In this document: piece by piece, positions 26,272 through 37,600 of the stretch
How positions within the stretch are numbered: position 1 is the stretch's first letter
Layout of the letters: every line of letters starts with the position of its first letter
Virus record (IMG/VR): IMGVR_UViG_3300021431_004524
Location: 32,001-96,000 of that record
Length of the DNA stretch: 64,000 nucleotides
Reading direction: 5' to 3' (one strand)
Origin: a virus
Lineage: Duplodnaviria > Caudoviricetes
Made by a program: the position numbers and the translations under genes
Notes under the pieces: generated by a model
Database searches by the model: none
What the model was told of the DNA's origin: nothing
What the model saw: the letters and a program-made list of their open reading frames with translations, nothing else

Positions 26272-29200
26272 ATGGCCATTAAAAACGACAATAATAATTT
26301 AGATAAGAAAATAGATAAACTTATTAATGCTATGGAACTTCTTGTCGATGCTGTAGAGCGTGGCAAGGGGGATAGTGGCTATATGTCTGGCTCAAGATTT
26401 GCAAGAAGAATTAAAGACGGTGGTAATGATTATTTGTATAGAGAGTTTGATGAACTTGGTAAAGATGAAGTGAGTAATATAAGAAATCATCTTACTGGTG
26501 GATTTAGAAAAAGAATAAAAGAATTAGAAGATGATTTAAAGAAAATTGATAAAGAATTAAGCAGTTCATCAATATCTAAAACAAAAAGAAAAAAACTTAA
26601 CAAACAGAGGGAAGAGAAAAGTAAGAAATTAGATAGAAACCGTGCTTTAAGGGATGAACGTTCTGATGAAAACTATATCCGTGATTATTATGATAGAAAT
26701 CGTGAAGATAGTGACCGTTCATTAAAAAGAAGATGGAGGATGCTATCCAATGATGACCGTATGAATTATCGTGATAGAGAAGATTTTATTAAAAGTGAAC
26801 GCCGTAAATTTTCTTATCACCGAAATTCAAATAGCCGTGATGACTTAAGAAGAAGACTGGCTAATAGTGGTATTGGTGATACTGCTTTTGGCCGTTATGG
26901 ACAAAGAATGTTTGACCGTCAACAACGTGCAGCAGACCTTGGTAATTTTGCCAATTATCTTGGTCATGGTGGTGCGAAGAAACTTGGTTTCGGAATGTTT
27001 GGTAACGGTTCAGTTGGTAAGAATGTCGTTGCTGGTCTTGGTAAATTTTCTAAAGGTCTCGGTTTTGCTTCTAAGTTGTTGGGCGGCCCTTGGGTACAAG
27101 CCATTTTAATTGCCATTGATGCTCTTAAAATGATTGGTGATGCTGTCGGTGATTGGAAAAAATATACGGCAGAAATGACCAGATTCCAGATGCAAGAAGA
27201 ACAGTTACAATATGAAAATTCTAAACGAATTGCCACTATTGCAACTGAAAGTGCTGTTGAAGATGTAAAATACAATGGTGACATCCAACTTAAAATGATG
27301 GATGTTCAATCACAGAATTTAATGGATGCTGTTGCATTAAGTAATGACCAATATGTAACGGCTGTACAGACAGCACTCGGTCCGATGATGCAAGGTATAA
27401 ATGCAAGCGCATATCAAGCGGCAGAAAGTAGAATTTCAGCAGCAGCACAATATCAGAAGAATCTTAATGTAAAAGAATTACGTGAAGAATCTTTTGGACG
27501 TTATGAAAAAATGCGTGGTTCTGAATATAGAGCTTCAAAAGCATCTTTGGCAGCGGAAGAAAACATTGCTAATGTTGAGTATACAACAAAATCTGCTGAG
27601 AATGCACTTAAACAAGAACAATATAGAGGGCAGCATGCTTTGCAGAGTGCAGTAAGAAGTGATGATGCACGTCAAGCCGGTGCGACTGTAACTCAAGGTG
27701 GAAACACGCTTCAAGCAGATATGAATGGTAATGCCGGGAGTACAAATAATCTGTGGACCGGTGAAGCATATAAGGGCGTTGGCCGTTATAACAATAATAG
27801 TCTTGGTACTGATGTTACTAATGTATTGCGTAATGCGTTGAGTGATAATTTGAGAGAAGGCGTACAAGCGGAAGCAATGGCGAATCTTGAATATGCTAAT
27901 CAGACTTTACGTAATCAGGCTGATATGCAAAAAACCGACATTGAGAACCGTTTTAAATTAACTAACACCGAATTACAGTATGCAACTGATATTGCTGATA
28001 AACAACAGGAAGTGTCAGTAGAGGTTAGAAATAAGTTTATCGAGGCTGCTGAAGCCGTAGAAAAAACTTGGTTGAAATTAGCCCAACAAAATGAACAATT
28101 CCTTGATAAGTTAGACGCGGTTACAAACAATACCGGTTTAAGTATGGGCCTTACAAATCAAGGGCAATTGCATTATTTCCAAAAAATGCTTATGACACAA
28201 ACAATAGATGTCGCAAGCAAATATGGAAAAAATGCAGAAGATGTATCTAGGGCGCAGCAATCATATATTGAAGCAACTGGACGTAATAAGACATTAGGTA
28301 AACATGATTATGGACAGTTATTCGGCTTAGGTACTTATCTTGGTGATGATACCCTTGCAGCAGGCTTTGGTTCTGAAATGGAAATTTTCAATCACGGCAT
28401 TGCTGAAAGTGTCGATATGTTGGATGATGTACTGAAGGATGTAAATAAAATTGGGCTTAATGGAAGAAAGTATACAAAAGACTTAGTGAATAACTTAAAA
28501 TTAGCACAAAAGTATAATTTTAGGGGTGGTACTAAGGAACTTATGCAAATGGCTAAATGGGCGCAACAAACACGTTTTAACCTCGGTAGCCTTAGTGGAA
28601 TAATTGATAAAGTACAAGAAGGTGGACTTGAAGGTGTTATTACACAAGCGGCTGGTTTCCAAGTTCTTGGCGGTCATGCGGCACTTAACAGTGACCCACT
28701 CGGAATGATGTTTGATGCATGGGCAGACCCACAGGCGTATGCAAAGAGAATGCAGGATATGACAAAGGGTTTCGGAAGATTTAACAGTAAAACCGGTGAA
28801 ACTGAATTTAATATTAATGAAAGTATGCAGATTGCACAGATGGCAAAGCTTCAAGGTCGTAGTCCGGAGGAACTTCGTCAAGAAATTATGCAAAGAAATA
28901 AGGCAACACAAGTTGAAAGACAACTTGGTGCTTATAACTCATTTGACCAAGACCAAAAGGCTATGATAACTAACAAAGCCGAATTTAAAGATGGCAGATG
29001 GGTTGTTAAGATGAAAGGCGGTGAAACAAAGGATATATCTCAATTGTCAAAAGAAGATTTAAATGAACTTATGCCTATTGACCATAATGAGAGAATGGAA
29101 GATTATATGGAAGATGTTGTAACGGCTTTGAATAAACTTACCGGTGAAGAGACACGTGAAAAAACTGTTCTTGCCAAAGAATCATTTGATGAGTATTATA

Positions 29201-29850
29201 AGGCTTACGAAGAACGACAGAAACAGGCATTTGATTCTTTTGAACAAAATCGTGATAACTACATACAAGAGACTAAAAGCGGTATGGATGCTGCAACAGC
29301 CGCTTTTCAAGATTATATCAAAATTTTCGAAGATGGAAATCAAAATGTTGATGCTGCAAGAGCAAAAATAGACGCACAAGCCAATAGTATAGCAGATGCA
29401 TTATCTAATACTGCCTTGATAATAAATGAAGCAAATCAAAGATTAGGATTATCTTCTGGTGGTCGTCGAGTTGCATCACCAATAATGCCTACTGTATCAG
29501 CCGTTAGCACTTTAGATAAATCATCTACGCCTCACACTCATGTTAAAAATAATGTTAATACTGATAATGTGAGATTTGATTGGACGCTACCTGAATATAG
29601 ACCTAACACCCCGTTTGGTGATAATACAAATGGTGGTAGTGGAGGTAATTCGTCATCAAATCTCAGTCTTAACATTAATGGAAAAATAGAATTAACAGGT
29701 GAAAATGGTCAAGCCATTAATATTATAGAAGAAATGAAACGTAATCCGATGTTTGTACGTCAGATTACTGAAATGGTCGTGTTGCAGATGAATAATAATA
29801 CACATGGTGGAAGAAATGAATTATTCCATAACAGATATAGTCATGGTTAA
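26272..29850 (+). CDS. Tape measure protein
   Basis: 1192 aa, Ala/Gln/Glu-rich helical, Gly-rich hydrophobic segment; follows the chaperone genes. Confidence 0.75.
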   Translation: MAIKNDNNNLDKKIDKLINAMELLVDAVERGKGDSGYMSGSRFARRIKDGGNDYLYREFDELGKDEVSNIRNHLTGGFRKRIKELEDDLKKIDKELSSSSISKTKRKKLNKQREEKSKKLDRNRALRDERSDENYIRDYYDRNREDSDRSLKRRWRMLSNDDRMNYRDREDFIKSERRKFSYHRNSNSRDDLRRRLANSGIGDTAFGRYGQRMFDRQQRAADLGNFANYLGHGGAKKLGFGMFGNGSVGKNVVAGLGKFSKGLGFASKLLGGPWVQAILIAIDALKMIGDAVGDWKKYTAEMTRFQMQEEQLQYENSKRIATIATESAVEDVKYNGDIQLKMMDVQSQNLMDAVALSNDQYVTAVQTALGPMMQGINASAYQAAESRISAAAQYQKNLNVKELREESFGRYEKMRGSEYRASKASLAAEENIANVEYTTKSAENALKQEQYRGQHALQSAVRSDDARQAGATVTQGGNTLQADMNGNAGSTNNLWTGEAYKGVGRYNNNSLGTDVTNVLRNALSDNLREGVQAEAMANLEYANQTLRNQADMQKTDIENRFKLTNTELQYATDIADKQQEVSVEVRNKFIEAAEAVEKTWLKLAQQNEQFLDKLDAVTNNTGLSMGLTNQGQLHYFQKMLMTQTIDVASKYGKNAEDVSRAQQSYIEATGRNKTLGKHDYGQLFGLGTYLGDDTLAAGFGSEMEIFNHGIAESVDMLDDVLKDVNKIGLNGRKYTKDLVNNLKLAQKYNFRGGTKELMQMAKWAQQTRFNLGSLSGIIDKVQEGGLEGVITQAAGFQVLGGHAALNSDPLGMMFDAWADPQAYAKRMQDMTKGFGRFNSKTGETEFNINESMQIAQMAKLQGRSPEELRQEIMQRNKATQVERQLGAYNSFDQDQKAMITNKAEFKDGRWVVKMKGGETKDISQLSKEDLNELMPIDHNERMEDYMEDVVTALNKLTGEETREKTVLAKESFDEYYKAYEERQKQAFDSFEQNRDNYIQETKSGMDAATAAFQDYIKIFEDGNQNVDAARAKIDAQANSIADALSNTALIINEANQRLGLSSGGRRVASPIMPTVSAVSTLDKSSTPHTHVKNNVNTDNVRFDWTLPEYRPNTPFGDNTNGGSGGNSSSNLSLNINGKIELTGENGQAINIIEEMKRNPMFVRQITEMVVLQMNNNTHGGRNELFHNRYSHG

Positions 29851-29932
29851 TTTTTCATATAATAAGATGAATGAATTAGTTTAAAAAAGCAAATTTAAAC
29901 TATATATTTATAAAGATTGGTAATAATATATA

Positions 29933-32900
29933 ATGGCGTTAAAAATAGGTAGAGGCGATATAACCGCCGGTTTTAACTATGGTATTGATGTAATTAACAA
30001 TGCTGTTAGGGATATCAGAGGCGTGACCGATGAGTTCATCAATAATGCTCTTGGCATGAAAATTGATGAAAGGGTTGATTTTAATGACTTGAACTACAGA
30101 TTTATGCAAAAGTTCATGGCCGTTAATATCAACGAACGTGATATTACCATGTCTATTCTTGGTCAGGACGCACATTTGTTTGGAAATCCTAATGCCATTA
30201 GTGGTCAAGCACAAAGACCTTCATATGCCGACGGAATGAACTATATTGATGAGTTTGTAACTACGGCAGGTGGTAATGAAAAAGGTGGCATAAATACAAC
30301 AAGGTCTTCTGATTTAATCGGTCCGAATAACCCTTATAAGAAGATTACCAATCTTTATCCTGATGAACTTGATTCCGGATACGGTAAGGATTTCCATAAA
30401 TGGGATTTGGATGGAAATGTAAATTCGATATTATATAAGACAAAGAAACTGTTTGCCGATAAGAAGATAAACAGTATCATATCTAAGTTTGGAACTGTTG
30501 CTGATGGTGGTGGCTCAAACGTAGGAAGCCCTGGTGATGTAGTAACCGGTGAATATGGTATGTCACACGGTAGAAACCTTTTAAAGAGGGGTGCTGAAGA
30601 GAATGGAGAAAGATATGAAATAAATGGATATAACAACCCTTATTGTCGTGTTTGGACACACCATTATCAATATGATAGACTCAATAAATTAATAAGACCT
30701 TTTGTTAGCGAGGAGGGAAGTGAAGGATTTTCTGCTTTTGAGGCTTTGGAAGGCCTTCATCTGTGGAACGGTTTTGAACAGCAAGCCGAATACATAGAAA
30801 GAAAGATTAAGAATGATAAAGGTGAAGAAACGACTGAATATATTCAGAAACAAGCCGCAGGATGGAAAAGTAAGGTTGAAAATGATGGTGGATGGAAAAA
30901 ATCAGTTTTAAATAATAACGGTTTTGTTAATATTACACCTAAATTTCTTGGTGGCGGCAAGAAGAATATACATACAAAAGACTGTATGTTTTCAATAGAA
31001 AACCTTGCGTGGAGGGGTTATGACCCTTATTCTTTCGAGAATGCATTATCATGGGAACAGAGAGGACCACTTGGGGGAAGAATAATGTGGTTTCCACCTT
31101 ACGGTTTGTCATTTAATGAAACAACACAAGCCAATTGGTCATCCAATTCATTTATTGGACGAGGTGAGGATGTATATACCTATGTTAATACTGTAAGAAG
31201 TGGTACATTAAGTTTTATTATGCTTACAGACCATCCGTCAATCATTGACTATGCAAACTGGTATGATAAGAAATCAGACAACGATTTAAAAGACACTGAC
31301 TTACTTAGATTTTTTGCCGGTTGTGATAAGAGTGCTGTTTTAGATGCTGTTAAACCAACACCATTAACTGATGAATATACTCAGAAGATAACAGAAGAGG
31401 AAGAAATTAAGAAATTAAATCCTACTCCTGAGCCTACGCCAGAACCTGAAATACCTGATGTTGAGAAAACTATACAGTTCTATGTGTTCTATCCGAATAA
31501 CTATTCCGGTTGTTATGACATGCCATCTTCAACTTCACCGGTTCATGCCATTGCTTATCTTTTATTCGGAAAGGGTTGTAACAAGAAATTTGATGGGACT
31601 GATGAAAACTTTGGGAATGATTTAAGTTTAGATTTTAATTTGGATAATGGTGACTATGAAAGCAACATGGGTAATGGTTATGAAATGGTTGGTAATGGCG
31701 TAAGTGTTAATGAAGATAGTTCTAAAAATTATATCGAAGGTTCTGAATTAAGATGGGCTGCTTATAAAGGTAAGAAATATAAAGCAACCGATAAACGTAA
31801 GTGGTTCTATCGTATAGATGGTGAATATAAGATACCCCAAAAAGCAGATAGAAATAAGAATACATACGACCAAATAATACAAACACCGAATTATGTGGAC
31901 CGTAAGTCGTTTGGTTTGAATTTACAATCAAGTGTGGTTAAAAGCAGTGGGTTGGTTGGTGAGGATGTTGAATTGTATTCATTGGCTGAAGTTGCTGCTG
32001 CATTAGCAAAGGGTGAATTTACAAAAGAAGGTGAGACACCAACATTTAAGGCTAAAAAAACATATGATAAATTAATTTCACCGGATGTGGGTGTGTCAAC
32101 TGAAACAGTAGAGGATTTGACAGAACTCTTTTTTAGTGGTAAAATGAAACTTTCTGAGGTTAGACTTAGTGGATATTCCAATTCACATGGTTTAAATAGT
32201 TCTAATGAAGTTAATAATGCACGAAATAATATATTAGCAAGAGAAAGGGCTAATACGGTTAAGGGGTGGTTAAAAGAATGGTTTTCTGACAAAATAAAAT
32301 TTGTACCTGGAAATGATGAATCTGGTGTACAAGTTGACAAAGAAGATAAATCCAATGCAAGTGGTTTGTCTGCCAAAAAGTATCGTTCAACAAAAGTTGA
32401 AATGGTGTTTAAGTCTGTGAAAACAGAGAAATTAACAGAAACTAATACAGAAGAAGCAGATAAAACAGTTTATCAGAAATATACCGGTTTTACACCTGAT
32501 GGAGAAAAAAATGGAAAACAACTTTATAAAAATAAAGAAACAGGGGAACAATGGTATGAAACTGCCGATGGTGAACTGAGGAAATTAAACAGAACCGAGG
32601 AAATTTCAGAACAACGTGGTAATACTAACATTCAATTCCATGAGGAACAGAATTATCGTGATTATCGCGGTAGAATGATGTTCATGTATACAACGGATAA
32701 TGGTAATAATGAAACTAATAAGTTAAGATATGACCAAGAATATTATTTCTACAAACAGTTAGAAGAAACCAATCCGATTGTTTTTGAAAAACTCACAGAT
32801 AAACTGAAATTCTTTGACCCCGCTTTCCATTCAATGACACCGGAAGGATTTACTGAACGTCTTACATTCCTTAACCAATGTACAAGACAAGGAAATACCG

Positions 32901-33316
32901 TTACTTCTTCCGATATAAACGGAAAGACTGCAAGCAACCTTGCATTTGGTAGACCACCTTTCTGCGTTTTAAGAATTGGTGATTTCTATTATCAGACAAT
33001 TGTAATTGATTCAATTAATATTGATTATAATGTGTCTGGTGGCTTGCAGTGGGATTTAAATCCTGAGGGTGCTGGCGTACAACCTATGTTGGCACAGATT
33101 AACATAAGTTTCAAATTCATTGGCGGTGGTGACTTAGGTGGACCGATTAGAAGATTGCAAAATGCTATGACGTTCAACTATTATGCAAATTCGAGGTTAT
33201 TCGATAATAGGGCTGATAGAATTGAATATAATGGTGATGACAAGACTATGGGCGCATTAGACCACAGTGTTAATTCAAAGGAAAGTTTCGCTTATACTGC
33301 ACAAATGGCAAAATAA
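29933..33316 (+). CDS. Baseplate / tail-tube initiator-like protein with an internal OmpA-like segment
   Basis: GRGEDVYTY.NT.RSG.LSF and PPFCVLRIGDFY...WDLNPEG.GVQPM tube-initiator-like motifs; LSGYSNS...NNILARERANTVK OmpA-like motif. Confidence 0.6.
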   Translation: MALKIGRGDITAGFNYGIDVINNAVRDIRGVTDEFINNALGMKIDERVDFNDLNYRFMQKFMAVNINERDITMSILGQDAHLFGNPNAISGQAQRPSYADGMNYIDEFVTTAGGNEKGGINTTRSSDLIGPNNPYKKITNLYPDELDSGYGKDFHKWDLDGNVNSILYKTKKLFADKKINSIISKFGTVADGGGSNVGSPGDVVTGEYGMSHGRNLLKRGAEENGERYEINGYNNPYCRVWTHHYQYDRLNKLIRPFVSEEGSEGFSAFEALEGLHLWNGFEQQAEYIERKIKNDKGEETTEYIQKQAAGWKSKVENDGGWKKSVLNNNGFVNITPKFLGGGKKNIHTKDCMFSIENLAWRGYDPYSFENALSWEQRGPLGGRIMWFPPYGLSFNETTQANWSSNSFIGRGEDVYTYVNTVRSGTLSFIMLTDHPSIIDYANWYDKKSDNDLKDTDLLRFFAGCDKSAVLDAVKPTPLTDEYTQKITEEEEIKKLNPTPEPTPEPEIPDVEKTIQFYVFYPNNYSGCYDMPSSTSPVHAIAYLLFGKGCNKKFDGTDENFGNDLSLDFNLDNGDYESNMGNGYEMVGNGVSVNEDSSKNYIEGSELRWAAYKGKKYKATDKRKWFYRIDGEYKIPQKADRNKNTYDQIIQTPNYVDRKSFGLNLQSSVVKSSGLVGEDVELYSLAEVAAALAKGEFTKEGETPTFKAKKTYDKLISPDVGVSTETVEDLTELFFSGKMKLSEVRLSGYSNSHGLNSSNEVNNARNNILARERANTVKGWLKEWFSDKIKFVPGNDESGVQVDKEDKSNASGLSAKKYRSTKVEMVFKSVKTEKLTETNTEEADKTVYQKYTGFTPDGEKNGKQLYKNKETGEQWYETADGELRKLNRTEEISEQRGNTNIQFHEEQNYRDYRGRMMFMYTTDNGNNETNKLRYDQEYYFYKQLEETNPIVFEKLTDKLKFFDPAFHSMTPEGFTERLTFLNQCTRQGNTVTSSDINGKTASNLAFGRPPFCVLRIGDFYYQTIVIDSINIDYNVSGGLQWDLNPEGAGVQPMLAQINISFKFIGGGDLGGPIRRLQNAMTFNYYANSRLFDNRADRIEYNGDDKTMGALDHSVNSKESFAYTAQMAK

Positions 33317-33334
33317 AATAATATATGATGAAAT

Positions 33335-33649
33335 ATGGCTTATTACGATAGATATTCAAAGTTTAGAGTTGACGGTGAAATTAAAGTAGTACCTTGTATT
33401 AGGATTGCAAATGAGAATACTGATTTGCATATTGTCTATAATAAGGATAGAATGAGAATGGATATGCTTTCGTACAAATATTATGGAGACCCTGATTATG
33501 GATGGTTGATTTTACAAGCGAATCCATCCATTCCAAGCATGGAATACCTTATACAAGATGGCACAGTAATAAGAATACCTTATCCACTTTCTACCGCAAT
33601 TTCTCGATATGAACAGTCAATTAATGAATATAACAATGAAAACGAGTGA
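33335..33649 (+). CDS. Baseplate wedge LysM-like protein (T4 gp53 / P2 gpX-like)
   Basis: RMDMLSYKYYGDPDYGWLILQANP...GTVIRIP. Confidence 0.8.
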   Translation: MAYYDRYSKFRVDGEIKVVPCIRIANENTDLHIVYNKDRMRMDMLSYKYYGDPDYGWLILQANPSIPSMEYLIQDGTVIRIPYPLSTAISRYEQSINEYNNENE

Positions 33650-33673
33650 TTTAACTTTAATTAACTATAAAAA

Positions 33674-33705
33674 TTTGGTAAAATGAAAAATAAGTAGTAA
33701 TTTTG
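33674..33705 (+). promoter_or_regulatory. Bacteroidetes-type promoter of an inserted (moron-like) gene
   Basis: TTTG-N20-TAATTTTG. Confidence 0.7.
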
Positions 33706-33733
33706 TCTTAATAAACAAAGTTACTATTTTTTT

Positions 33734-34582
33734 ATGAAAAAGATTATTTTACTTTTAGTTTGTCTTACAAGCCTTACAGTTTCAGCACAACGTAGGAATT
33801 CCAACGGTGAGAAGATGGTTTCAAAGTTGGAAATCGATAATTATAACATCGATGATGAATTGTATGAGAAATCTGTTATTTCCTATATATATAATAATGA
33901 TAAATTGGTAAAGTTAGATAATTTTATTACGACATCATTAGGTGATATAAGAACAAGTAAAAATACAGATTCATATCATGTAACATTTACATACAATAAC
34001 GGGAAAATCGGCAAACCGGTACCCAAGTATGGTGCGGATTGTGTTTATGGTTATGAGTATGTTTTGAACAGTAATTCAAAGGTTAAAACTGTTAGGGAAA
34101 AATTTGTAAAAGATAATTCTTATAGCTATATACAATATGATTATAGGTATGATGACTATGGAAAACTGTCTTTAATGTATTATCAGTGGTATAATAAACA
34201 TGGGCGTATATACGAATCTGAAGATGATATAGAAAGAACATCAATAAAATGGCTCAATGGTAATATGTATGTGGATGGGTTTCAATTAACGTATTCAGAA
34301 AATATAAACGATTTGAATATTAATCCATCTGTATTCTTGCTTTTAGGTAGTCACTGTATGTTGTTTGGTGATAAAGCGTTTGAGCATTCTGCTGAATGGT
34401 TTGGAATGAAATCGCATAATTTATTGAATGAAACACTTTATATAGACGGTGTGTTGAAGTATCATTACCGTGTCGAGAATAATTTTGATGAACATGGCAA
34501 TTTGAATGAAATTGTTGTATACAAAGAAGAAAAAAATAATTGGCAGTTAAGAAAAGTAATAAAGATTAGTTATCTTTATTGA
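33734..34582 (+). CDS. Secreted Bacteroidetes-type beta-rich protein (DUF4595-like)
   Basis: Signal peptide MKKIILLLVCLTSLTVSA|Q; Tyr-rich beta-hairpin repeats (YxYDDYGKL); NINP...WFGMKSHNLL motif. Confidence 0.6.
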   Translation: MKKIILLLVCLTSLTVSAQRRNSNGEKMVSKLEIDNYNIDDELYEKSVISYIYNNDKLVKLDNFITTSLGDIRTSKNTDSYHVTFTYNNGKIGKPVPKYGADCVYGYEYVLNSNSKVKTVREKFVKDNSYSYIQYDYRYDDYGKLSLMYYQWYNKHGRIYESEDDIERTSIKWLNGNMYVDGFQLTYSENINDLNINPSVFLLLGSHCMLFGDKAFEHSAEWFGMKSHNLLNETLYIDGVLKYHYRVENNFDEHGNLNEIVVYKEEKNNWQLRKVIKISYLY

Positions 34583-34636
34583 AAAAGTGTATTCTAACTA
34601 GTTATATTTAAATAGAGAATTTATAGCTAGTTAGTA

Positions 34637-37600
34637 ATGGCAAACAGTGAAAAAAACATCGTACATCAGAAAGATAGAATTTTCTATGTAGAACCAAATG
34701 ACATATATGGTAGTGTAGACGGTGTACCTTTAACACCTGATTATTCTGATTATTGTATTTCGGTCAATTTGATTGCCGAAATTGTTACACGCTACAGACA
34801 GAGTGGCGAAGATAAAACAATGGCACTTACAGTATCTTACTCTGGTGCTCCTGGTGAAGAATCATCAAATAAGTGGGTTTCATTTCTTAAAGGCGAAGAT
34901 GCTAAGATATTTGGTGGAGAAGGTAATTTTCTTACAACTTATTATACTGATATAGACTATGATGACATTGTTAAGAAGAACATTGTCGAAGGCCTTGGTA
35001 TTGAGAGTATACAGATTTCATTTGAAAGTTACTATACACCTACCGTTGTAATAAAATTTATTGATGTGAGGGGTTCATCACTTTTCGGACGTGAGGAAGC
35101 GGTTCATGAAAGTGGTGAGGAATTATCATCGTCAAGTGTATTCGGTGCTTTTTTCACTATTCCTTATCCTAAGTTCAAATTACAGGTTAAAGGTTTTTAT
35201 GGGCATGGTGTTACCTATCAATTGACATGCTCAAATTTCAAGGCTTCGTTTAATTCTCAGACTGGTAATTTTGAAGCAGTTGCTACGTTTATTGGTTATT
35301 CATATTCTCTTTTGACGGATATCCCATTGAGATACCTGGTAGCAGCACCTTATTGTAAGTATGTCGGTGAGAAATATTGGGAAGAACATTTGAATACACC
35401 TGCATGGGCATTAAGTGGCGGTGAGAGACCAATGAAACTTTTTAAATTGATTGATAAAATAAAATCGTTCCTTGATGACAATAAAATCAATGAAAAACTC
35501 ATGACAGATGAACAAACTGAAATAAAAAATAATATTTCGAATGAAAAAGCACAACTTACGACATTAGCCACGACATATAAAGAATACGTAGAGGCATTAA
35601 AGGGCTTAAATAAGACAAGTAGTTCTCTGCGTATTATAAGAGGTGAAGGAGAAAATGATGAACAATTATTAATATTCTCCCCTTCACAAGAAAATGAAGT
35701 AACAGATAAATTGATACTTGCAAGTCAGGCGTTTATTAATGCTTTTGATACATATAATTCATCTAATAATGGTAAAGCCTTTAGTAATTCATTGTTGCCT
35801 AATTCGAAACATGATATATTTGAAGCCAACAGAAGAATTATTTTTGGAAAACTATGCAAGGTAACAAGAACGGATAACAAAATAACAGGCGTTACATTTA
35901 ATTGCACAGAACAGAGTTCTGAGGGTATTAAGACAATAGAACTTAACAATAATAATAAACCGAGCGATGAAGTGGCACGATGTCTATTCGAAGATTCTCA
36001 TCCTGAAGACGGTGATATTAAAAGTTATTTTTCTGATTATTGTTATCTTGTTAATCTTAATAAATTTCTTGATAAAATAAATGAAAGAATTGAAAATCTT
36101 AATAAAGAAGACAAGGAAATAAATAAACAAATTGCTGAAAATGTACAGACAAAGGCCGCTTATAAATTAGGATTTACCCCGTATATCGGCGACATTTTCA
36201 AAATAATAATGTGTCACCTTGAAACATTTATAAAAATAATGTGGGAATGTTATAATAACATTACCAAATCAGACCGTTCGCCCGGTTATCTTAATGTTCC
36301 ATTGGAAAGTACTGATTTTGTCAATCTTGATAAAAACAAGGGGCAGATTGGTGCATGGCCCGGTCTTTTTAACAATGGTAAGAAAACAGACCAAGGTGGC
36401 GATGAAGACAAATCAATAGAATATTTGGCATGGGTTGGTGATTTCAGTCATAATTTCGAGGAAGAAAAGGTAATTATTGAGTTGTATAAGGCCGTAAAGA
36501 AGATAGCACCGGGAGAACCTTTAGAGCCAAAACCGGTTACTATGGTTGCCGGATTACCTGTTATGCCAAATGATGTGAATAATATAGATACTGTTTTCGG
36601 TGAGTCAATTGAAAATAACATATCATCATTAGCCGGATATCTTTCTTTCAGAGCGGCGCAGATTTTCGGAATATTGTTAAAGGAAAAGGCTTCTACTGAA
36701 TTAGCAAGTTCATTAGGTAAGATGGACGCATATAATTTCTTTACATGCTTACAATCAAGAAGTGAATTAAAGAACACTTACATTAATGCTGAATCCGGTA
36801 ATTCGTTGGAAAATATACTTAATGGTGTGTCGAAGTGTTCTAATGACTTTGATTCGTTTTGTAATAAAACATATCAGGAAACTGATAAAACAAGACATTC
36901 GTTTGAAACTGTTTACAAAATTGCTCAAAACTATAATAATAGGGATAGACATCCTTTATTTAAAGATGAAGGCTCAAATTTGAAATATGTTCATTATTAT
37001 ACACTTAATAATGTTGGGCTTGTGCCTGATAAATTGACATCTTATAAAGAGTATCGTAATATATTTGAATATAAGTATGATAAAGAAAAACCGTATTTTT
37101 TATTCAATCGTAAAACAGATACATCTTCAACCAGTGAATTCTTGCACAAGTCAAGTTGTAAGGCTTTATTTACCAATATTGGTAAAGTAGATGAAGATAA
37201 AGAGGATTTGTATAAAGTCGAAAAATATATCAATGATGATATGTTTAATGTCATTGTGAATCCGGAAATTTCAAATTCTATTAAGAAAAAATATGATGAG
37301 ATAAAAAGTGGTACGTTTACTATATATGGTGACGAATTTACTGATGATTTTTCTAATGTTCTTGAAAAATTATGGCATGTTGAGGATTCTGATTATGGCG
37401 TATTCTTTAACGGAAATACTAGTATGTTATCAAAACCGTTCGCTGATTTTGATATAAAAGAAGAAGAATTGTATCCTCTTATGAAGGATAAAATAAATGA
37501 TGACAAAGCACCATCATCCGTAGATAATGAAAAATTATTTAATATTGACGGTAAGACAATAACATATTCTGTAAATGACGGAAACGGAAGATGGGTTGAT

